In this document: piece after piece, positions 1 to 12,400 of the stretch
Layout: the number at the start of each line of letters is the position of its first letter
Position numbering within the stretch: the stretch's first letter is position 1
From: Sphagnum compactum
Taxonomy: Eukaryota
Assembly (NCBI GenBank): GCA_965153455.1
Contig: OZ234494.1
Span: 5,208,001-5,272,000 of the forward strand
DNA length: 64,000 nt
Direction: 5' to 3'
Position numbers and translations under genes: made by a program
The notes under the pieces: generated by a model
What the model saw: the letters and a program-made list of their open reading frames with translations, nothing else
Told to the model about the DNA's origin: nothing
The model's database searches: none

Positions 1-250
1 GTTGAATATAGTCTATTATAAATTATTTTCCTTCATTTAAAAATTTTCACAGTGAGATTAATTCCACATGTCAAATTTTTCATAAGGAATAGATTAGTAC
101 CTTTTTTTGGATACCAGAATTTTCTCTTGAGAAGTGGAGCTTCATTCTCAGGGGTTGTACTCTTCACATTGTTCTTGTAAATTTCACCCATGTAATGGGT
201 TTTGCACAGAGTTCTTAAAATGTGGAGGGCGATTTGGATCTATTTTGCAG

Positions 251-1857
251 GCGAAATAAAACCTTGGTGGCGGAGTTGAGTGTGCCTCCTCCTGGCTCCA
301 AAGACTTGCATTTTCCCACAACATACTCACAGCCATTCTTCACCCAAATAATGGCATGCTTTTGGAAGCAATGGTGGACATATTGGCGTAGTCCAGACTA
401 CAACCTTGTCCGATTGACATTCACTTTTGTTGCAGCTATCCTCTTTGGCACCATCTTTTGGGATTTGGGCAAAAAGACGTAAGTTATGGTCAACTGAAAA
501 AACCATAGATTCTCCTGAATTTTTTGACGCACAAAATAAGTCATGCAATCAAAAATCCACTTGCTTTATAAATATCTGGAGCAATATTTTTTGAGCATTT
601 TTGGCGTTTTTTGTTTTGGCAGGAGTCAGCAGGCCAATCTCTATAGTGTGATGGGATCAATGTATGGTGCGGTTTTGTTTATTGGTGTGAACAATGCATC
701 AACAGTTCAACCTGTAGTGGCAATTGAGCGCACCATTTTCTACAGAGAAAGGGCAGCCGGCATGTACTCTGCAATCCCTTATGCCATAGCACAGGTAAAA
801 AAATTTATTGCTTATTCTTGTCTCACAAACATTTATTAACAATTTTGCACGTTGCAAGATGATAGGTAAGATAATTGTGTATGTGAGAAAAATGTAACTT
901 TTGTTTTTATCTCACAATATTTATTAACAGTTTTGGGTTTTGCAACATGGGTGAAATTTTTCTTTTTCTTTTTTTGTATATGAGAAAAATAGAATTTTTT
1001 AAAAATAATCTCACAACATTGAGAAATGTGTTGTTTTGCAGGTGTTAATTGAATTACCATACTGTTTACTCCAAACTGTAATATATGCGTTGATCACATA
1101 CTCTATGATTAATTTCACATGGACAGCACCAAAGTTCTTTTATTATATGTTCATCATGTTCTTCAGCCTGCTTTACTTTACATATTATGGAATGATGGCG
1201 GTGGCATTGACTCCCAATCACCAGATTGCTGCAATTGTCGCCTCTGGATTCTATTCCCTTTTCAATCTCTTCTCTGGCTTTTTGATCTTGAGACCTGTAA
1301 GTAAAAACTTTCTAGACCTGCAGAATTATTATTTTATTTTATTTTTCAAATTTTTTTCCCTTTCAGATTCTAGGAAGTGGGTTTTGTAATGTACATTTCT
1401 GTGTGTTTCAACAAGAGATGGGAACTGAAGATGTGGTGCAACTCCGTGTTTTCTGCAAAGCATGAATGAAAAAATGATTTTTACCCATGAATTTGTGCAT
1501 ACATAGATCACTTCCTAAGTTTATGACTTGGAAGGGTCCCTAAAAATATGTCCCTAAAAAATCTGTTGAAAATTTTCTGTGCAGCAAATTCCAAAATGGT
1601 GGGTATGGTACTATTGGATATGTCCAATAGCATGGACTTTGTACGGGCTTATCATTACACAATTTGGTGATGTGACTTCGCTTGTATACCCAACGGGAGG
1701 GGGAGATCCGATGGAAGTGCAGGCCTTTGTTTCCAAGACGTTTGGATTTCACCACAAGCTTCTGGGACTTGCTGTTTCTATGCCTGTTGTCTTCACTATC
1801 CTCTTTGCAAGTGTTTTTGCATTCAGTATCAAGTTCCTTAATTTCCAACAGCGGTGA
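251..1857 (+). CDS. ABCG: Full-size ABCG/PDR transporter, 3' partial (last 4 exons, TMD2)
   Basis: GT-AG exons 251-478, 623-794, 1042-1296, 1585-1857. They give PDR C-terminal motifs [55 protein letters not shown] and the terminal LNFQQR-stop. The upstream part lies outside the window. Confidence 0.95.
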
Positions 1858-3495
1858 GTGAAAAGATTGTGTAGTTTAAAAAGTAGTAGCAGCCTAATTT
1901 AGCTGAAGTTTTAGGCCTATCTCTGGATTGGGTCATATTATTTTCCCTTTCTTCATGGTCAACTCAAAACCGTAAACCCTAAACCAATGTGATTCTTGCA
2001 TGGATTTTGTAAAAATCATGGAGTGGTGACAGAATACATTTTTCAGAGGAAGTTAGTGTTGGAAATGCCTGAAGTGTAGGCCTATCTGTAAGTTTTGCTT
2101 TTTTTTCACAACTGATCTATTGAAGAAGGTCTGCTTGTACCGCAACTAGTTTGACAACAGCTCTTTTGTGCTTGTAAGGTCATTTTGTACAATACTATGT
2201 ATTGTGCATGTAAGGTGATGTACTCTGTACAATACTTTGTATTCCTTCGCCCAATAATCTGCTGAACTAAAATGCATAGCATTCTCTCTATTCCCAGTGT
2301 TACCTTTATTTTTTTCCTGCCAAATTGTTAAGAGGAAACAACTGTAAAAAAAAGGTCAATTGATCAGAAAATTCATGTTTATCTGGTGCTTGAACACAAT
2401 CCTTGTTAGCTTCAACCAATGGAAAGAAGATTTGTAACCAATGGGTTTAGAGTAAACCTCAAGTTATATTGGGATGTTGTAACATGTAGCTTGATAATTA
2501 TGCCCTCCAAAGATTCCATCATCAACACTAAATCATTGAATTTAAGTAATGGATGCACACACATAAATCATCAAGCTTTTTGTGAGATGAAAATCTTGTC
2601 CCGCGGTTCTGAAGTTTCTTAGTTTCTCAAACTCAGAATGGAACTGCTTGTTGTGCTCGTGGATCTTGCTTGTCTTACTATTTCCATTCATCTTGCCAGC
2701 TTTTAGTTTCAATGTGTTTCAAACAAGTCAGTATATAACTTTAATGAGTTCTTTTCCAATGAATTGCCTATTTCATTGGGCTCCATTTGTCTAGTAATGT
2801 ACTCCTCACTGTTTTCTTTTATCAAGTTTTGTCCACTAAGCTTGTAAGAGGAAATCAACCCACACCTAATAAGTAGGGCCTCCCACAGTCTACCACATCC
2901 AAGTTATTTCCCCATCAACATAATCATGAAATCCTATACAGTGTAGAGTGTGGATTATAAGGTAAATGTCACCATATCAGCCAATCATTGTGACCAAGCA
3001 ATCAAAAACCGATAATATTTCTTTATTGATATTTTCAGTGAGCATGTCGAATGTGCATATTTATAGGTTCAAACTCAGTTTCACACTATTTAAAGCGTAA
3101 CCCTAAATCATTTAAATTATTGTTTACAGTTGCTGTTGGTGAACCTGCTCTAACCCCCCTTTGTTAGATGTGTGTTTCATTTCATTTTCATCTCATGGCT
3201 CCACTTCCAAGTCATTTCAACATTCAATCAGGAAGAAATCTATCTATTAGATAAAGTTGACTCTAACTTTGATAATTGAAGCATGATCTTTCACAAAATC
3301 ATGTTGCTTATGTGTGTGGAATCAAGAGAAATTATTCCGCACTCCTGGAGGGGTCCTCATCCAGGTTTGCAAATATTTGTGAGAAACTACCTAGTAGCCA
3401 TGAAAGTCAAGGGGGCTTTAAATCCAAGTGGGTATCTGGTAACTTAATCAAGTTACAACTTGAAGAAATTCTCACAACTCTACTCTTCAATAGCA

Positions 3496-6400
3496 TTAGC
3501 GTCTTTGGAAGTTGAAAACTTTGATGCAGGTTGCAAAGAGTATACCGAACAGAAGAACAAGGCCAATATGCCAAATGACAATGTAAGGTAAAAAGCTATG
3601 GTGGTACCCAAAGTGTTGGCGAAGAAAGTCGCGAACTTTCATGATCTCTCCATCAACATTCACAAATGTCTCTATGTCACCAAGCTGGGAGACGATCAAA
3701 CCATAGAGGGTCCAGGCTGTAGGTGTAATCCAGTAGAACCATATCCAGTAAATAGGTATTTTCTGTATTCCAAAAAACTAATTTTATATTAGTGTTTTCA
3801 ACTTTGCATTTTCACTCTCCACATAGCAATTGAGTCACCAAACAACCTAGTCTTTAAACAACTCAGGTGGCTTTCATGACAGAACTGGCAAAGAACCAGC
3901 AGTTTGGGTAGGTTCTTTGACCCAGCCCAGATCTTTGATTTTTTTTAGAACACTGGTTAAGGGTCAGAAACCGGTTCTTTTGATTTTTGAGAACAGATAG
4001 GCAAGGATCCACATTTCTTTGAGAAAGAGAAAACCACCCAACATGGGTGTAAAACCTTTTTCCTTCAGCACTGATGGTTATGCTTAATGGAGAAAATAGT
4101 GAACTGTAATGCAGGATTTGGAGCAAGGGAGCATACCGGACGAGGGATCAAAAACCCAGAGAATAGATTCCAGAGACCATAGAAGGCGGTTGATATAATT
4201 GCAGCAGCAGGAATATTAGGAGTGAATGCGACAGTCACCATACCCCAATAAGTGAAATACAATAGAGCAAAATACATAAAGAAAAGGAAAAAGAAGAATT
4301 TGGCAGCCGTCCACTCGAACTGAATCATGGCATACACTATTGTGCCATATATAAGTGACTGTAATAGCACATATGGCCATTCCACTGTAATCTGCAACTC
4401 CAAGAGGGAAAAAATGTCAATTGAACAATTGTAACAAAATGGAAGAAAATACAGAAAATGGGAAGATTGAGTCCACTTCTTCTCCTACAGGACAAAGTAC
4501 TGTCTTTTTTTTGTTTCCCTGTCGAAATTTCACAAAATTTTGACCTCAACAAATTAAGAGGAACTTTCTATTGCAAATGCACTGATTTTTTTTTAAAAGG
4601 TCAATTTGTTTTCTTGGAAAAAAATTGTGGAAAAGCTTTGCCACATTTAGACACAGTTTAGGAGTAGGTTTTGTACACTTTTGACAGTTTCCTAAAAAAG
4701 CTATTGCTAATTAATGCTAAATCTTTTTTGGGATGATCGCTAAACGCACATAGTTTATTTGCCGAAAATTGCACTTTTGTGAAGATCTGCCAGGTTTGCG
4801 AAAATGCTACATCAGAAAACTGAAAAAGAAAAAACACTGGGACAAAGATACAACATGTGTGTGTCATGCACCTGTGCAAAAGAATAAGGGAATGTTGAAT
4901 ACATTCCAGCTGCACGCTCACGGTAAGAAACATGGCGTTCCACTGACACTACTGGCTGAACGGATGATGAATTACTCACACCAACAAATAAAACTGAAGC
5001 ATACATAGCGCCCATTAAATTGAACAGATCTTGCTGCTGTGAGCTGTTTGACAACATGATGAGCAATTGTGAGTAATTATTAGGTACTGCATAGAAGAGA
5101 GAAAGCCCTGAACCCTGAACCCCGAAATCCTAAAACCCTAAACCCTAACTGGGGGATAGAATGATGAACTTTGTTCCAAATGAGGGTGTACCACCTACCT
5201 GTTGTGACCCAGACCCCAGAAAATACTTCCAAGAAGAAGGGCACAAGTCATGGTGAAGAGAAGGCGGACAACATTGTAGAGGGGATTACGCCAATAAGAG
5301 CAGTGCTGTTTCCAGGAGCATGCCAAGCATTGCTGCCAAAAGGACTGAGCATATTTTGTTGGAAAAGAAAGATCTTCTGCATCTGGTGCTGGTGAACTCA
5401 ATTGCTTGACCAAGACTTCGTTACGTCTGCAGTGAAACAAAGAGCTAGATTCAGTATCCAAGAGGTGACCAAGACATTCTTCCAAGGGTCAACAGATGGG
5501 TTAGGTCCTCTGAACTACCACCTTCTGTTCTGGGTGCAGCAGCAAAAAGAATTATCAAAATCTGTAAACACCCAAACTGCTGATGGGCATGGAAAAATAC
5601 TGCAAAGATGTATAATATCATGCTACACTTACTGGTACAAAGGTGATTTGGCATATACTTCCGCAAAGTCAACTTGGAGATTAGACTCAGATCTCTGGGA
5701 TGTAAGATCAAGCACCCATGTTGATGGGTTAAGTCCTTCCTTAATCTTTGGAACACCTGGCACTGCTTCAAAGTACTCAATCAGCTTGTGGGAGTGATGA
5801 CCAAGAGGGCCCACATATACAACTTGTCCTCCTTGCTTCAGCAGTAAGAGCTGCAATCAATCACAAAAAAAACATCATAGCATAAGTAACTAGTTTCTCC
5901 CTCCACTTTAAAACATTTTCTCTTTTTGAAGTGTGACAATTGGGATTCTCCACTCTTCCTTACCTCATCAAAAGACTCAAAGATATCGATACTGGGTTGA
6001 TGAATGGTGCAGACTACAGTCCGGCCAGTGTCAACTGTGTTTCGAACAGTTCTCATCACAATGGCAGCAGCTCGAGCATCAAGACCTGAAGTTGGCTCAT
6101 CCATGAATATTATGGATGGATTGGCAACTAACTCGACTGCAACTGTGAGCCGCTTCCTCTGCTCCGTGGAAAGTCCTGTGACCCCTGGAAGGCCAACTAG
6201 GGCTAATCGCAAGGGTGTCAGCTCAACCAATTCCATCACCTCCTCCACAAATGCCTGCAATTGTGAAACAGACCCAAGAACCAAACAAACCAACTCACGA
6301 GCTAAATATGACGCTCCTGTCTTTTCAGAGTCCCACTGCAAAATCTAACAACATGCCCATGCTCTAACGTGTGTTGAAGAGGACAACACCAGACTGTTGC

Positions 6401-9400
6401 TTACCTTCCTGACCTTTGCATTCACATCTTTAGGAAGGCGCAGCCACGCAGAGTAAAGGACTGACTCATAGACGGTCACGTGTGGTGAGTGTATATCAAA
6501 TTGCTCACAATAGCCAGAAATCCTGGCAAAAGTTTCCTGTTTTTTAGGAAACCCAGAGATGAAAATTGAGCCCTCAATGTAGCCCCCAGTTTTCCGTCCT
6601 GAGAGAACATCCATTAGGGTTGTCTTTCCAGCTCCACTCACACCAACCAATGCAGTTAAAACCCCGGGTCGGAATGCCCCACTTATATCTCGGAGCAGCT
6701 GCAGCTTTTCACCAGTAGCTCCTTGAGCTTTCATCTCCTGCAACAAATTTATTACTAAAAAAAATCATAGCTTCATAATGCTGATTCTTGCTCAGTAGTT
6801 TGTAACCAGAAAACCACCACAAGTAATGCATAACCACAAATACTAAAAAGGGCTAGGAAATTTAATTCGCAATGTGGGTATGATCATTGGACAAACAACC
6901 TAAACCTGAGACCTGCATGCCAACAGATTCTTAGCCTAATCCAAGAAGCATGGACTTACAGCAGGCATGTCAATGGCGTAGCTGATATGGTGAAATGCCA
7001 TGGCAAGTGGCTGAAATGGTAAAACCATTCCTCTCTTGGCTTTGACTCCATTCGCCAAAGCAACTGCATCAAATCTGTCGGAATTTGCTGATGAAATACT
7101 TGAACGCCTCAGCTGCTCTGGGTTTGTGAGTCCTGACAGCCCTGGGAAACCACTCCACATTCAGTATATACCCAGATAAACAACACACATTTTTCCAATG
7201 GTTGATTAAAAGACAAACCCTTCAAGAAGAACAAAAATGGGTAAAGTGGGTAGTGGCCTACTATTAAATTCATTCAATTGGTGTATGTTATCACTGTGAC
7301 CCAAAGACCCATCTTGTGATTTTCCATCCACACCCATCCTATTCGCATTTTTCTCCTCCAGAGCTTCCCTAGATAATACTGCATTTGGGTTCCCAATTGC
7401 TGCACCAGGCAGGCCATAGTATTGCACAATATTAGATTGCTATCTTTCCCTCTCCCACCAGAGCATTCACAAATCTTATTTTGGAAAATAAAGACCTCCC
7501 GAATGCAGAAATACCACAAAAGTGAGAATACATTTGCAGGCACAACAGTACTAATCCTCCTACCCTAAACCCTAAATCCCAAACCCTCCTGGTGAACAAC
7601 AAGAATGTTCTTAATAACGAAAGTGAGCATAATTATCAAAACCCAAACGAAGGAGTTCAATAGAAGCTTTTTAAAAACTTACGGTTCAGGACTTTGAGGA
7701 AGAAGCAAAAAAGCAAATTGAAGAGAATGGAGTATGCAAACAAGGCGCCCACCCCAAGCCAATACCAGTAGCCTCTTTCAAATACTCCACGAGTTGACAA
7801 GATCTCTCTACCCAATGTTGTCGTATTTGAATATGGCTAGTGGGAAAATCACAGAAAACTTTGTTACCACTATCAGAATTCATAATCAGAATTCATAATC
7901 GTCATTGCATTTTGGAGATATGAATCTCCCTCCCAATACTCATAAATTAAAGGACACCGGAACCAGGAAAGAAACAAGGTGAAACCTTCAATGAAGTCAA
8001 AGAGAAATGGATATCAATGCTACTGAGTCATGAAAGACACATAGAGTTGCAAGTCAAGACAGCTTGGAGTGCAGTTTACCTTGTCCCATCGTGGAGCAAG
8101 AAACTCATTCACCGTAATGGCATTTTGGGCATATGAGAGCGGTGATATCCAATAGCCCCATATCCACCATGGATGAACATTCTCTGTGTCCTCACACAAT
8201 TCCCATGGGTAAGAACCAATGTCAATGGGCAGGTATCGACTTTTGAACATACCAGCTGTACCCGTATTGAATCTTTTTTTTAAATTTCATACCAGCCAGG
8301 TACTATTGGTATTGGATCTTTTTTAAATATTCCATACCAGCCTGCTACTGGTATTGTATTTTTTTTTAAACTTCCATACTAGCCTGGTCCTGGTATTGTA
8401 TTGTTTTTAAAACCTTCATACTAGCCTGGTCCTGGTATTAGGATTGAAGGATTGGCTGGTATGATGCAGGTCTATACCTGGTATTGAGATTGGTACAGCC
8501 CTGGTATGAAGCTGGTAATACTTCAAGTCCCTACCAGGCAGGTACTGATAGGAGGCTGGTATCGCCTCAAGCCATACCAGTCTGTTCGGTTTTTTGATAC
8601 CAGGGCCAGTACCAGTCTATATACCAGGGTTCAAGCTTGATACCCATCTGACATTGGTAAGAACCTGACAACATTTGACTCTCCATTGCACAAAGCCTCC
8701 TGCGGAACAGGTTATAGTGAACCAGAAAATGATCCACATGTGAGGTAAACCACAGGAAGTTGACCGGGATCAGCTACATGGCATGGCATGGCAGGCAGGT
8801 CACCAACAAAAGATGGAAATGGAATTCAGTCAAAGAGTAGTAGGGCCATGTGTGTACTTCTAGAAACAATGAAGCCTCCAAGGGTAACCACAACTATGAG
8901 GCCAAAGGCTCCACAAGCTTGAGCAATGATCAGGAGCCGAGCAATAGAAGCAATTAAGCGGAATAGCCCAAGTGCCATCTGATGCATTGCCACTAAAAGC
9001 AGCCATTGTCGGAAAAATCTGCACTCGTTCCATCACAAAAGTACAAATACTTTATCCCCAATCCTGCTGCACACAAATCTCATCTATTGTAACATGACAA
9101 ATTCCGAATCTGGAGACATGTCCCTTGATGTCATACCCATGAAATGCTTGATAACCTAGACAAATGAGAGGTTTGAGCTCTCTTTGTTTACCTGCTAGCC
9201 TCAGGTGCGAAACCAATAGTCCAATATGTGATTGCAACCCAAAGGAAGGACTCATAAACCGATACAGGAAGGCGCAAAATATAAACTGGGAGTGCAAAAG
9301 ACCAGGCTGGATAGAAGTAGAGGTCTCGTTGCTTGTAGTAGACAGGAAGACGAGAGATGATCAATGCCATTTCAATCAACCCACTGAACATAATGTTGAC

Positions 9401-12400
9401 AAGAGCAAAAAAGAGCGCTCCCAAATATACGCCACCACTTGTGACTGAATCTGGATGGAGTGATGTCCGCAGAAACACTGACATGGTGATTGTTGATACC
9501 AGACATATCTGCAACAGGATATTCCAATCACAGGTCATCATCCCTTCTTCCTACTAGATCATGAATGTTTAGCAGCTGCTTGCCAATGGATCACAAGTAG
9601 ACAGAGTATTAACTCAAGCAAATCAGAGATCTATATTTGATTGGTAACTCCAAACCTGAACTATTCTGAAGATATAGACAACTTTTGTGCGCTTCATGAG
9701 GAGCTTCTCTCTCATGAAACAGGCTTGGAAAACCTCCCAGTTGCTTAGCGCATATTTTTCCGTAACAAGAGCAGCAGGATGACTTTTCCCCTTCTCAAAG
9801 GGAACTCCCAGCTCTTGATCAAGTTTCTCTCCAACATGGAACTTTGCAAAGCCTTCTGCAAAAGCCTTAACTGAGACGTAACAGTACGGCACGCTCCTGT
9901 TATACCAGTACTGCTGTTGATCTTTCCTTGATGTCACCTGCAAACAACATCAAGGAGTTTAACACACAATTGATGCAGAAAAAATTAAAATAATCAGAGA
10001 CCTGTTTTGGGGTTAGTAGTGTATGGACCCTTGAATCATCATGTTTCTAAATCATGATGATTTGACACTGATAAAATTTATGAAGTTAAAAAATTCTCAC
10101 CCACCTCCTGTAAGAAATCAGCAACCGCTTTGCGCTCTGGGCACTTGAAGCCCATTGACTCAAAGAAATCAGTCACCAGGTCTCTTGGTCCTTGGTAAAC
10201 AATCTGGCCTTCTGACAGCAAGATGAGGTCATCAAAAAGCTCAAACGTTTCAGGTGCTGGCTGCAAGAGCGAGACAACCATCGTGCTTTCCATGACATGC
10301 ACTGATTGGCTCAAACATTTGATGATCCGATATGCTGTGGAGCTATCTAGACCTGTCGAAATCTCATCCATGAATACAGCTTTGGCAGGACCCACCATCA
10401 TTTCACCTGATATACCAAACACAAAAAACACAAAAACCTTAGAAAACAATGATGGTAAGCTCATGACAGGAATCTGATCGAACACTTTCCAGCTTGAATT
10501 GCATGATGATGTTGCACTGTGTGCTCTCAGAGAGAGTAGTATACACAAACTTCACCAACACAAGATCGATAAGACATTCAAAATAAAATTCCTTGCAATA
10601 ACTGATTGAATAATTGAATCGTGAAGCTGCCCACCAGTATTGGCACGCTTTTTCTGACCCCCTGAAATGCCACGTCTCATTTCATCTCCGACAAGGATGT
10701 CCGCACAGATTTCCAGATCTAGAATCTATAGTTCAGCCAAATTCAAGCCTTTAGCATTTTTGCATGACCCACCAAACCACCCAGATTTTCTAGAGTTTGC
10801 TTGAGCATCAACAGCAGCTTTTTTCTTCTCATTGCTCAATGAACACAACCCTAACTCTCAGAAATGATGTACAACAATCCCGAGAACTTGCCAAACCTTA
10901 AGCATGTAGTCTGTCACCAGGCTTGTCTCTTGGCCTTGCACTGCTGTAGCCTACAAAAAAATTTCAAGCAAAAGCTTTTTCCATGTTGGAATACAGACAA
11001 CAAGACAATCACATATACACATATCTTCTTCAGATACCTAAGTTGTGTCTTTTGAGTTGTTAAAGTCTGGAATTCCATGATTTTTTACATAAAACACATA
11101 GAAAAAATACTGCTTCAAGTGAAAAGTTTAGGAGAGAGGTATGAGTGCCTCATGACTTTTATACCTTCATGAACATATCAACATCTGCATCAGGGAAAAT
11201 CCCCGCCTCCTTCTCCCTTCTTAGAAGCTCTTTCAACATATCTGAGAAAGCCAAGCCACTTAGCTCAAATGAGAAAGGAACTACAGTCAGTTAAAACAAA
11301 CTCACTGCAGTAGTTTTAACAATGACATAGAACACTGCAATGTTCCTTCTGCTTAGCATGGGGACAGGCTTTTGAACTTGATTACACTGGGAGGTAGACT
11401 TTGCAGGATTGAGAACTTTCTCAGCTCATCTCCAAAGGAGCGCTTGTACACAGGATTGAACTTAGAGCTCAAATGACATGCAGAAAAAAAAGGGGCCCAA
11501 TAAAGGACTTACAAGAGCAGATGGGAAATTAGGAGACAGGGAGACTACATACTGGGTGGTTGTCCTGACAATGGAAATGTAACACTCACCAGATGCAGGA
11601 CCAACACCCTGGCACTGACTAGAGAAATCGAATGTTTCTCTCACAGTCAGTTCTCCCAGCTGCAGGTCTTGTTGACTAATGTAAGCTGCAGTTCTTTGTG
11701 GCACAAACTCATGCATTTCATGTCCATTGTATGTCACCTTCCCTGAAGTCTTCAAGCAATGAGCACCCATAATAAAACCAGAAAATTCTCAGGCTGATTC
11801 CCAAACAAAGTAATAATGAGTGCAGATTTTCGAAATAAAAGCATACTGCAATTTAGCTACTTTAACATTTCACAATAGAGATGTGGGGCCCAGCAAGCAT
11901 GATTTGAAGGTAGTTTGATTTTCTCAAGAAAAGATGGAGTATTAAATCCATGGTCTAGGCAAGGTAACAACAGAATGTTGTTTCTCTGAATTCTCTGTCA
12001 AGGGTAGATTATCTGACCTCCAGAGATTCACTCAGTCTTCCTGCTAGAGCTAACAGCAAGGTACTCTTGCCTGCACCTGGAGGTCCCAAGAGTAGGGTTA
12101 TCCTGCCAGCAGTAATTCGTATGCAAAATTAGAGTAAGTGAGTGATTTGCAGCAAGTATTATTTCCACTTCACCATTACCAAAACATTTGAAATCCTGCA
12201 CTCAAAGATTGCTGACAACAGAAAAACATTCAATGGGTCATCGGTTTCAAGGACTAAAGCTTGCAAGCTGAGACTAGTTCAAAATTATTTCAGACTTGAA
12301 GGACTCTCTGACGCTCAAGAAGTAAACTTCCGGAGGTTTCTAGTCTGGAATAAACCTTCCAGGTTTGATGATCCCACTGACATCATGAAGAATGTTTAGA

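Noticed and set aside
6004..6348. + strand ORF with a near-identical partner at 26435-26719, and similar antisense pairs
   Set aside because: These are antisense shadows of conserved NBD/TMD exons in the two paralogs.
8270..8440. Regularly spaced ~40-bp repeats resembling a CRISPR array (also the 35495-35857 array)
   Set aside because: There are no unique spacers and no cas genes, and the context is a eukaryotic intron. They are MITE subterminal repeats and a minisatellite.
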